A stretch of DNA of 64,000 nucleotides, taken from contig DYQZ01000001.1 in NCBI GenBank assembly GCA_020719005.1, positions 5,779 through 69,778 of the forward strand, written 5' to 3'. The notes under the pieces are model-generated. The model made no database searches and was not told where the DNA came from. It worked only from the letters and a program-made list of their open reading frames with translations. Numbering within the stretch: position 1 is the stretch's first letter; each line of letters begins with the position of its first letter. The position numbers and the translations under genes were made by a program. Shown here piece by piece: positions 20,001 to 32,000 of this stretch. The DNA is from Candidatus Omnitrophus sp. (lineage in GTDB: Bacteria; Omnitrophota; Gorgyraeia; Zapsychrales; Fredricksoniimonadaceae).

Positions 20001-23000
20001 ATTTTCAGAATTCTTTTAATACGGTGAAGGCCGCTAAGACAGCGAAGGATGTGTTTGCGGCAGTGAAAACGGTAAATGGCGGTAAAATGATGTCAACGGC
20101 CCTTTATACAGCCAGAGCCGCTACTTCGGTTGTTGGCCGTATGGCGATCAATGCTGCTGCTGGCGGCACCGTGAACATGGGAGTTCGGGCATTTGATTAT
20201 GCGATGACCAATCCTGATAAGGGTTTTTCGGGTTATTTTTCAAATGGGACTGTGTTACGTGATATTGGTATAGGCGCCTTGACAGCAGGGGTGCTAAGCG
20301 GCGCGAAGATGGGTGTGGGTAGTCTTTTTACTAAAACAGCAATGCCTTCTTTAGGTATTATCAGTTTCGGAACAGTAGGCGCGACAGGTTATGCCGCAGA
20401 TAGATATTTGAGTGGTAAAGAAATGACCTGGCAGGGAGCTGTGGGAAGTTTTGTTGGCGGTATGGCACTTGGCCGTTTTGCGATGTCAGCAGATAAATAT
20501 ACAAAGCGTGTTTTATTAGGGGAAGAAGGAGCCGCGCAAAACGCAACAAGTGCCATGCGGGTAAAAGTGGCAGAAGGAAAAGGAAATTGGCGCGAACGCA
20601 TGGTTGCTAAGACCAGTGATGCGTATAAGAATACTTTTAATACTGGTCTAAAACAATTTGCTGTTAAGTCTACTGTTGGTGCGGGGTTAGGTCTTGGTGT
20701 CTCTTATATGGATAGTAGCAGGAAATATACAGCCTGGGAGAGAGCTGAATTTGCATTGATGGGTGCTACTGCTTTCGCCATGACGGGCCTTTCGATGAGA
20801 GGGAGTGTTTCTGCTTGGTCGCGTCAGGGGCTTAATGGCCGTGCGGTAGGATTGGTCGATTTTGGAAAGAATCCGTTCTTATTTTCAAGATTAAGTGCTG
20901 CGGGCGCTCTGGATTTTGCAATAACGATGCCCCTTTTTGGTGTTATTGAAACGCCGATCCGTGCGGCTATGTATTATGCATTGAGTGAACGTAGTTGGGA
21001 GAAGTCTAAACAAGATGCTTTTGATCGTTTTAAAGGAGAAGCAAATAATCCGTTGGGTATTTTAACGCAAGGCATGGTAAATGGTGCTGAGATGGGTCTT
21101 AAATTAGGCCCAACGTTGGCGGTCTTTCAGGTTACAACAAAATCATTGGCGCTTTCTCGGGCGAAAGTTGGAAGAGGTTCCATAGCGACAAGTATGTTGA
21201 AATTTGATAGAGCCGTTATTAATGGGCTTTCTCATAAAGTAACACACATGATGCCCTCTACGATCGCATGGCTTACGGGCGTAGAGCTTGGAACAGAGTC
21301 GCTCGTGGCTTCGATGAATAAAGAAGGTTCCATAGTCTATAATGCAGGTTTTAGGAATGGCATTGATATTAAAGCCGCCGAAGCTGTGCGTGTGGCTAAA
21401 GCCAATGGGCAAGATCTTTCTTTGGAAGAGGCTCGCGCCCAACAAATTCAGACGATTGCTGGTGAAGTGGCTTTTGTCAGTTTGATCTTTAAGCCATCAC
21501 CTACACATGCCTCTGACCTTGATATTGCCAAAGAAGCTGTTAATAAAGCGCAAAGAAAACATGGTCCCACTTCTCCACAGTATAAAGACGCGGTCGCAAA
21601 ACGTGATCTTTTATTGGCACAGGTTAATCAAAACAAGAAGTTAACGGCAACAGAGCTGTATGAAGAACAAAGTAAACTTACTGAAGCCGCTGAGGCCGCC
21701 GCTAAGGAAAAAGGTGCTCAGCCGTCTAATGCGCCGTCAACGTCCAAGGGTGGTTTTATTAGCACTTCAAGCGTCACGTTTAGGGAAGCCGGCAAGAATA
21801 TTAGCGAGGCTTTTCGCAATTCTCGCCTTGCTCGTGCGGGTGATAATATTTATATAGTGCGCACGATCAAAGATCGTCTTTCACCTAACAGATTAGACAC
21901 CTCCATTGCCGCACTAGAAGCGCGTGAATATGCGGCGTATAGGGCGATGGGCAAGCAGGTGCTTTCAGCTAAACAGCCCGGTCAGACTTTTTCCGGAGCG
22001 CGTTACATTCTTGAAGGCGCTCGAGCGGCAGTCGAAACGCGTCAAAAGAATCAAAAACCGGGAATAGAGGCAGATCAGGCTCGAGTGAAGGATCTTCAAT
22101 TATTGAGCAAGATTGCGAGTGATCTGGCAGGTAGAATGGCTGAAAGTAAAGGTCTTGTTGATGCGGCAGGCAAAAAAACGTTTGAGGCAGATAAGAAGGC
22201 TATTGAAAGCCAGAGCATAGCTTTTGAAAGAGAGTTAAAAGCAGTTGAGGGTCAGCTTTTTGAAAGAAGATCTCTGGAGGCGAGGTTAGAGGCGCTTACA
22301 CAAAAACAGCAGAAGAATCCCACAGATGCTACGACGCAGATTGAAATCGCCAAGGTTCAAAACAAGATCGATCAACTTAATTTAATAACCATTAAAGATG
22401 TCAATTTACAGGCGCGTAAGGCGCAGATGTATGATGCTCTTGAAGCTAAGATCGTGAAGGCGAAGACTGCGGCTCAGGAAAAGATAGACGGAGGAAAGAC
22501 TGTTAATCCTCAGGATGCAGCTCAGATCGCTAGGTTGGAAAAAAGGCAAGAAAAATATCTTGAGGCAAAGAGCCGCGATCTAATGGGGGATTTGGCATCG
22601 GGAGAGCTCTTCAGAAGCTTGGATGTTTCGGGATTAAAGAATGCCGAACTGTCAAAACTGCTTGCCGCACAACGGCAATATGATCAAGTAGTGACTTTTC
22701 TGAAAGAAAACGCGATCAATTTTGGTTCTAAACAGGCATTGGCTTATGCAAAACAGATGCGTGAAACTGTTGTTGATGTTTATGGCGAAACATCTTCGGC
22801 TAAACAAATTGGTGCGATGGGTCAGAATCTCAATAAATTAACGACTATCTTGAAGGTTGCGGGTGTATCTGACACAGGGGTGAAGAAATTTGCTGTTGAA
22901 AACAGCATTATCCTAAGAAGCGAAGTTGTGAAGCATCAGCTTTCATCGATTGAAGGTTTTCAGCAGGGTGACAAAGCCCTTTCTAGTAGTCAAAAAAGAT

Positions 23001-26000
23001 TAGCAAAGATTAACAATGACCCAGTCGCCAGGACCGCCGAGTTATTATTCCAAGCCCAAGTGAATCAGCGGATGCATGATCTAGCTAAAAGGAAGGGAAA
23101 TAACGATAGTGCTACTGGATATAAGCAGGCGGCTGAGAAGCTGTTGCGGTCTCCTGAGTTAAGGGATCTGTCACAAGCCAAGAAGATAAAGATGGAAATG
23201 TCGAACTTGCACGGTAAGGGCATTCTTCAAATAACATTTGAGGCGTTGCAAAGAAAAACAAACAATGAACTGAAGAATAATCCAGATTATACAGCGAAGC
23301 AAAAGTCAGAGATTCAAGCGAAATTGATAGAGGGCATGGCTAAGGTTCTTTCAGAGTATAAAGGAAAATCTATTAAAGAGGTAAAATCTGATAAAGGTAT
23401 AAAAAATATTGGTAAAGCGCTTGAGGCTCTTGCCAAGCAGGAAAGAGCTACTGATCCTGTAGAGAGAATGAAATACGCACAAGAGGCTGTTAAAGCACTT
23501 GATAAAGTAAAAAATGGTCCTGCAAGCCGTAAGACAGGTATCGATGTTCACCAGATGAGTGAACAGTTGAAAGTAGATATTAAATATGGAGAGATGAGGG
23601 GGAATCAAAATAGCCGGCTTCAATATAGCAGGATGACGTCTAGCAATCCAAAACTCGTACAACTCCTTGTTGAAAAGCTGATTGCAGTGCAAAAGCTCGA
23701 GACAGAAGTTGAGGCGTGGGAGAAGGCAGGCAAAAAAGGTCCTGAACCAGCGCTTGATTATAAAGGTCGATTAACTGAAAAAATAGAATTAATGATTTTT
23801 GATGCTTTGGTGAAAAAAAATCGTGTTGTTGCTAAAGGGGTTCCGCTTGTGTCGGATCTTTTCAAGATGAATGTTAGCAATTATCAGCAAGAAATGTCAT
23901 TTTTAAAAGAAGTTGATACGCAGAAGAAAGAGGCAAAGAAAATTACGGAGTACCAATTCTCGAAGGATGAAAGAACAATTTTAAACAATGAACAAACAAG
24001 AATAGAAGGTGAATTAAGAAAAGTATTTGAAAAGGCTTATAACGATAAGATGCAATCTCGGCCCGTAAATCAAACAGAGGCAGAGTTTAAAGCAAAAAAT
24101 CCTGAACCAACGCTAACAGACGGAAACAAGAAATTTATTGAGTTTGTTCTTAAAGCAGGTTTTGTGGCGGCAAAGGAAATCCGTATCGCAGGACGTGTTA
24201 AGAATCTTCCTGTTATTGCATTAGGCCTTGGTGGTGGAAAAACCACCATGGAGACGGCGCTATTAGGCGCGGTAAATGGATTCTTTAAAGGTGCATCTGG
24301 TCAAAAAGGGATTCTTCTTATTCTTGCCAAGCCTGATGTGGCGCAGGCAAACAAGACATTGGATAAAAAAGGTATCTTTAAGGGGTCGAGCAATCGTGAG
24401 AAGATCACCGTAGAAGAATTTCAACAGATGAAGAAGGAGGCGCTTGCTAAAGGAGAAGTGCTTGTTTTAACTAATACACAGATCAGCCAATTAGCCCTTG
24501 ATTTTAAGAATAGCCGTGGCCATGCTAAAGGTGATCCGATGTTGGATGCAAGAAATCCGTTCAAGGATTCTATGATCGTTGCGGATGAGGTCCACAGTCT
24601 TTTGCTGGCGCCCGCCATGATACAAAGCACAGGGCGCTCTGGCATGAGCTTTTTGTTATCTCAAGGCGTTGCATATCAACAGCGCCGTCAATTGGAAGCG
24701 CAATATGTTCAGGATCTTGTTAAGACAGCTAAAGGTATCGTTGGAAATAAGAATGTGAAAGATGTTCTTGGAGATCATACATTTGAAAGATCAGTCAAGG
24801 GCGACATCATCAAGCAGTTTGAAAGGAACTCTCCAGACGCTTACAATGCCATGAAAAAAGCAGGTGTTCTTGATATTTTTGTTGATGCTATTGGGCGAGG
24901 ATTGAATGAGTATTCAAAGAATGGTTATCTGATGGTTGAGCGTAATGGCAGGATGGAGATGGTGATCCTTGATAATATGCATGGCAATGGCGTTGCACAG
25001 TATGGCCGTAGCCTGACTTCGCGCACAGGTCTTAATGAAGATATGTTAGCGAGGATCTTCATAGCAACAGAGTTTCATGGCATGAAGAAACCTACTTTGG
25101 CGCGTCTTGTTGAAATGGCTACATCGCATCAGACGGTTCAGGTCACTTCGGGCGATCTTTTTGGTTTGGTTCCAGGCATCATGGGTTATACCGGAACGCT
25201 GCCCGCGATCGAAATGCCAGCAGGGTTTTTGGGAGCGCAAGCGTTGGAAGCAGGAAAATCTGCAAGTGCCCATATGCATACGAGAATGCAAGTGCGTATT
25301 CGTAGTGATGGCCGCTCTACTATAGAGGGAATGGTCGCTGACGGTATGGCCGTCTTAAACGGCAAATTGCACTCGGGTAGGGATATTGTTGTTTTAAACA
25401 GCAAGTATGCTCATGAAAGATCTGGCTCTTATGATGGTTTGCGTCATTTGCATGGTAAGACCGTCAATGGTAAGAAGGTTCTGGTTTTTGAAGTTCATCC
25501 CAATGAATTGGCGGCAGTTGAGGCGAGTTTGAATAGAAATAAAATAATAAACGGCATATCTGTTGAAGGTAAGAGGGTTGTTCTTATTACAGGAGTTGAG
25601 AGCGGCGCTTCATTTGAAACAGTGACCGGTGCAATGCGGGATTATTCTGCGCGCCCTAATTATGGTATAGATCAGGCATCACAGAGATTTAATACGATCA
25701 AATTTAAGAATCGTGCGAAGACTGGAAGTGAAGCAAGTGATACGCTGTTCTTATCAACGCGCGCAAATGGTAATTATGTTGCGATCTATAATGTAAGTAA
25801 AGAGCATGCTGATCCTTCTTTTAACCGCGCTGAAGCACAGATATTGCGTCATTTGAACGAGAAATTGCAAAGTGCTACAACCTTAAAAGAGAAAGCCATT
25901 ATTTATAAAGAAATCCGTAGTGCCGTTATTCAGTTTTCACAACGCATGGAGTTTGATGCCGCGCGTCAAGCTGCGACAACGGTGACGTCTAATGTTAATA

Positions 26001-29000
26001 CACAAAAGGGCCCTGTTAATCAAAAGGCTGTAAATGAAAAGATTGATACTGTACGTCATCAATATGCGCTTAAGATGGCGACAGCTGATCTGAGCATACG
26101 AGGCATGTTTGATCAAAAGGAGTTTGCAGAAGCAAAAGATGAATCTGCAAGGGTCCAGCTTTTGAATAATTTACAGGCCCATGTTTACGCCAATGTGAAT
26201 GGTCTTGGTTATTATACGATGCAGATCGCGTCAGCTGCCAAGCATCAATATATGCAATTGAATTTAGTTGCCATGTCATCAAATGCTTCGGATGCCGGAG
26301 TTAGGCTTGATGAGGATGGTCCTGTTTTGATCAAGGCTGGCCAGGTGATGGATCTAAGCCAGACCACAGCGGATAGCAATCGAAATATTTATGGCAGTTT
26401 AGATGACTGGAATACCATTAAAACAGGCACCGTCGCAACTCCCGTGAGTTTTGTGGCACATACGGATGTTCAAAACACCTCTTTTTGGCAAACCAATCCG
26501 ACCGAGAAGAAATGGGTTGCGGGGGATATTCTAAAACAGGGCGATAAATTAGTTTATTCGCAACAGGTTGCCATGCCTGTGATCTCTGGCGGCAGGACCC
26601 TTACGACGATCAATACCACAAGATCTTATGAATATGATCAGGGCAAAGGTATAAGCGATCCGGATGCGTTTATTGATATAAAGGGTATTGCGGATGCGGT
26701 GGGTGCGAATGCTCAAGATATAAAGATATCAAAACCAAGAGAAATGGATCTTGGCAAGTTTCAAATGATAACTGATAGCAACGGGATCTTGCGCGGGGTG
26801 ATCTTTGCGGGTGCTTTATATAAGGATTTCTTAAGTATAAAGAATAACGGAGATCAGGTTGAATTTGATGTGTATACCAAGAGCGACTTGGCGCATAGTG
26901 ATGGCCGTCGGGATGAAATGCTCGTGCGTTCGCGTGTGGTGTTGGAGCGTAGCGCTGAACAGTTGAAAGTTCTTGAAAGCATCATTGATAATGAAGCCAC
27001 GATCTCGATCCCCCGTAGAGATATCCATCGTGGCGATCTGGTGGACTTCTCTTATAGTGCCGGTGCTGAGCGTCAGACTGTTATCAAGGATCAATTTGGC
27101 GAAAAAGCCAAAGTTGTGATGTTTGGTGAGGATTTTGTCACTCCTGATAAGAAAAACATTGTGATACGTCCTAATGATGATGTGAAGTTTGGTTTGCCGG
27201 ATGGAAAGATCGTTCGTATTCAGACCCTAGATAGTTTTAAATTAGCCAAAGATGGATCGTTAAAACATTTACGCACCGAGCTTGCCGATGATGTTGAATC
27301 GTTCAAGAAAGGCGATGTTCTTGATCGGAGAAATGGCCGGATCATGCGCAATGGAGAAAAGACCGGCGTGATGTTCCACGATCGCGCGCTGATGAAGAAA
27401 GACGGTCAATATCAGATCAGCGCTAAGGATGATGAATTAGTTGAGTTCCTGACTCGTGAAGATATCGGTCAGCTTATTGGTGAGAATTATGTTGTAAACG
27501 CCCAGGATCTTGAGAAAGCTCTTGCAGGACACACAAAAGCGAATGTGTTTGTTCGTTCCATGCTTCAAGATGCGGCCAAAAATAATTCTGATAAAGAAAA
27601 AATAAAGCAAGTCCTTAAGTATGCTCAGGATAACCTTGATCGGCAAAAGGCGGGAATTACTTTAGGACTTCAGGCATTTTCTGCGGATAAGCTTGAAGTG
27701 ATTGATGAGAAGAAATATCAGGGGCCGATGGTATATAGCATCGTTGTTGGGAAAGTATCCGATAAGGCCGCGGAATATTATGCTGATATATTGAGTTTCC
27801 TTGCAGAGTTGTCAGGAGGCAAGACGTTGACGATCACACCTGCGATGGATATCCGCAATTCTGCGGCGCAGTCAACAACAGATCATTTTCATATGGGTAC
27901 AACATTATCCCTCTGGTTTTTGACCGGTGAATTAAACTTCAATGAAGCTGGTGTTTTTGTTCATGAATTATTGCACGAGTGGAACAAGAAACAGGTTAGA
28001 GACGGGAAGCCGGATAGCTTCACACAGGCTCGTATTGAGAATAATACCGCTTTACAGCAGATCGCCCGGGCCATATCAGGTATTTATGACAAGGAATTCT
28101 CAGCGGAAGAGATCTTGACCCTTTTCATTGAGGTTTTTGGTGTGAACAGGTTGATGACCGGCGCACTTCCTGATGCTGTTTTGGAAGCGCTTAAGCCGAT
28201 CCAGCCGTTCATTAAGATGCTTCAGAATAAGGGGAAGAACTTGCCCAAGTCTATCTTAAAGGGTAAGCAGGAAATGATGATCGAAGCCTATAAGGCTGGC
28301 GATATAAAGGAAGCTAAGAATCATGCGACATCGTTGAACACGATGTTCCTAAGAGGCCGCGGGCTTTCACTCAAGGCGCTGTTCACATTCCGTGGGGCAA
28401 AAACCGTGCTCAATGCCATGACCAATGAGCAGTTGGCCGCGAGCGTTTATCAAGACAAGAATACGAAGAATGATGTGGCCGCGATCAGGATCAAAAGCGG
28501 CGGCCAGGACGTGACGCTGACTCAGCCGGTGCAGAATGGTTTAACGGCTGTAGAGTTGCGGGAAACGTTGAGCAAAATGTTTGAAGAATCGGCCAAGGTT
28601 GCTGAAGGCATGGTTCAGATGTATCAGGTGTTTCTGAAGACTAATGGTGATGAAAAACTTGCTTTTGATGAGAAGGCTTGGGACGCGGCGATGCTGGCGG
28701 CGACAACACTGGAAAATGCTAAAGGATATATTAAATCTTCGGTAGATGTTAACGGGCTTGACATGATGCTGGCTGGTGTTAATGAAATGGTTCAAAAGGC
28801 TATTCTTGATGCTAAGGCGAACGAGGAAATGTTAAAGGCTAAACAGGCAGGGGTTGCAACTCCGCAGTCTACGGCCCCGCCAGAGGGATCAAGTGGTCTT
28901 CTTAATCCTTCTGCCCCCAAGATCGACATCGCTTCCGATGTCAACCCCAATGAAATTGTTAACAAGATCGAATCACTTCTTAAGGATAATCTACAAGTTA

Positions 29001-32000
29001 TCCTTACAGGAGATGTGTTCAGATTAGCTCAGAATGAGAAGATCCGCGGATGGGTTGTGGATGAATATGTAGTCATTCAGGGAAATGAAGTAGGATCATT
29101 GGAAGAAAGTCAGGCTAAGGCGCTTGAGACGGAAGTGAAAGAAATTTCAGGGTTGACTGTTGGAGATGCGAGCAGGGCTCTTCAGGGCAAGACCAAGGAA
29201 GATATATATAATCTTCGCTATCTCATGTTAATGAATAACGATGAGATCGATCGCTTAATGAATGCAGCACCGGCTCTGTTCCAGGACGAAGTCGGTTCCT
29301 GTGTCCGCACCTCCGCTTCTTCTCAGCAGAAACTTGAGAAGGTTTGGATCGATTATGCTCAGGGTAAATATAAGGAACCTGCCGCGTTCTGGGCATGGGT
29401 CTTCAAGACAGCGAATGGTGCTGAGCTTGATGAAGAGGTTAAGACGATCTTGAAGAAGATCGCGCTTGATGCTCCGATCGCGATCGCGGCTATTGCTCTC
29501 GTGCCTGACTTTAAGGATGCCATGAACGCTGCGGCTCGTGCTGAAGGTATCAAGGCGATCCTCGAGCTCAAGTTCGGCAAGAAGATCCCGAACGATGTTC
29601 TGATCGCCTTCCAGGGCATGACCGGAAATGTTGATACCTCGATCGTTGCTAATGGCGGCACGGGCAGCCTGAAGCCAGCGAAGATGAATGCTTCTTTGAC
29701 CACGGCTGTTAATCGTTATAACAAGGGTGTCTGGAGCAAGACTCAGATGGATGAGTTCCTTGCGGCGTGGACTGGTCGTGGTTATGTGGCTGAATATTAT
29801 GTGAGTGAAAAGACCCAGAAGCAGAGCGTGCGCGTGATGACGGTTGTTCCGCAGTATGCCAAAGGCTATAAGCCGAAGGGCAGAACGGCTGATGTTGAAG
29901 AAGAAAATCCTGCGCTCGCTAAATACAAGAAAAATTTGACCCGTATGCAGGATCGTCTTGCCAGGGGTGAGATCACCAAGGTGCAATTCAATAATTGGAT
30001 GGCGCTCCAGGGCAAGCTCACGGGTCAGGATGAAGTGAATGCCGCTGATATGGCGCGTGAAGCCAAGAATTATCCGTGGAACACGCCGGGTTATGACGCG
30101 CTTCAGAAGGCCGCGGTTACCAAGACCGAGGTTGTGGCAAGCGCGCCGGCTGTCGCGGCTCCTGCTAAAGCAAAGCCTGCGAAGTTTGAAGATACTGGTT
30201 TGACGATGACGGATGATGGTTATCAGAAGCCGGTGACAGAAGTTCCGGCACCGGTAATCGTGCCGGCTGTTATGCCTGCGCCGGTATCGAGTGCGATCCC
30301 TCACTTCGTTCGGGATGACGGCAAGATAGACGCTTCGATGTCTACCGAGCAATATAAGGCGTATCAGGAACTTTGGAACAAGCATGGTCACTGGCAAGCG
30401 GGTTCGCTTGATGAAAAGATCTTTGCGCGTAGCATTTTGGCATTTATTAATAAGTATGAGCTTTCTGCTGATCTGAAAGATGATGTTGGAAGATTGAACA
30501 GGGTGTTGGCTGGCGATGCGCTTATGTCGAGATATCCTGCTGGTCTTTTGATGAGCATTAAGACCGCGGCAAAGAATCACCCATCCCGTCCGGCGGCTGT
30601 TGCTCCCGCTGTTGCTAGAAAGACAACACCTCAACAAGAAGCTGAATCCTATGAGGCCTACCTTGTTGTGAAGGGCAGAACATTGTCTGCGAATGTTATT
30701 GCGGGGATCAGGGGTTTGATCAAGTCGTTGAATAGCATGCCCGGTGAAGCCCTTAAAGCCATGGCGCCAAAAGAAAAATGGGCGCATGTTGAAGCGATCG
30801 GTCAAGAGGCTGGTGTTCCGGCGAATGAATTCAAGCCTGCGGTCCAGACTGCCAGGGATTGGGTTCAGACGCACATGCCATATTCGACCCTGTCTCTTGA
30901 GACCAAGAGTAAGAAAGACGAAGCGCAGATCACTCCTGAACAGCCTCAGACATTGGATGAGATCATCGCAGGCGCGATGATCAAGGTTGATGCCATTGCC
31001 AAGAATGTTCCGGCATGGGATAAGAATAAGGAAGAGATCAAGGCTGCTGTCACCAAGGTCTTTACAACCACTATTAGTGAAGCCAAGAAGCCGTTCACGC
31101 CTAATGTGTATCAGATCACGCACACTATTTTAAGAGTGTTGAATAATATGGATACATCTTCCACGCGTACGCCGTGGGCGATCGTTGAGAAACTTGGTTC
31201 TGGTAAAACACTCGCAGAGGTGTTGGCTGTTGAAGCGACCTTCTCGTTGTGGGAGGCTCAGAACAGAGAAGCCGGAGATTATGAAGTGTGGGTCTTGCGT
31301 GATGCGCTGGTCGACGGCATCAAAGCCGATGATCCTTTTGCCTGGTCCGCCCTTGAACGCATTGCCGGGGTTTCGAATGTTACGCGTTTGATGGCTGATC
31401 CTAACGATCATCGCAAGACCATGGACGTTCCGCTTATCCCGACCACAGCCGCGAATCCGAAATACACACTGCGTTATGCGGTCAAAGACGCCATTTTAAA
31501 TCGCGCGAATGAATTTAAGTATCATGACGGTATTCTGCCGAACATTGTTCTGGCCGTGATGGATGAAAAGCAGGGCTTTGATGAGACGGGTGAACAGATC
31601 GTTTCAAGCGGCATGCCGTATTTTGAAGCTCAAGAAAAGGGCGGCAATGCACTTCAAGAGGGTTTGGCGCATGCCCGTTTTGTGCGCGACGTTATTGGGG
31701 AAGTTGATGCGCTCGAAGCAAAATATAAAGAAGGCGTTTGGGATAATCCCGTCGTTGCCTTAGGTGATGAGAAGAAAACACAGGGCATTGGCGTGAAAGA
31801 CCGTTTCAGCGCGGTGCTTAAAGCTGAATATAGACCAGAGGTCGAGGAGTTGTTTGCGAAACTTCAAGCCGATAAGAAATTACCACGCGATGTAAAGGAT
31901 ATTGAGACCTTCCTGCTTTATGTGAACGCTGTCGGTGAATATCAGCGCATGGCTGAACTTAAGAATTATGATACTGTGCCGCTTGCCATGCTTAAGCCGC

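Noticed and set aside
29255-31123. 622-aa minus-strand ORF
   Set aside because: Antisense shadow of the giant ORF; Arg/Ile/His-rich translation with no recognisable motifs.
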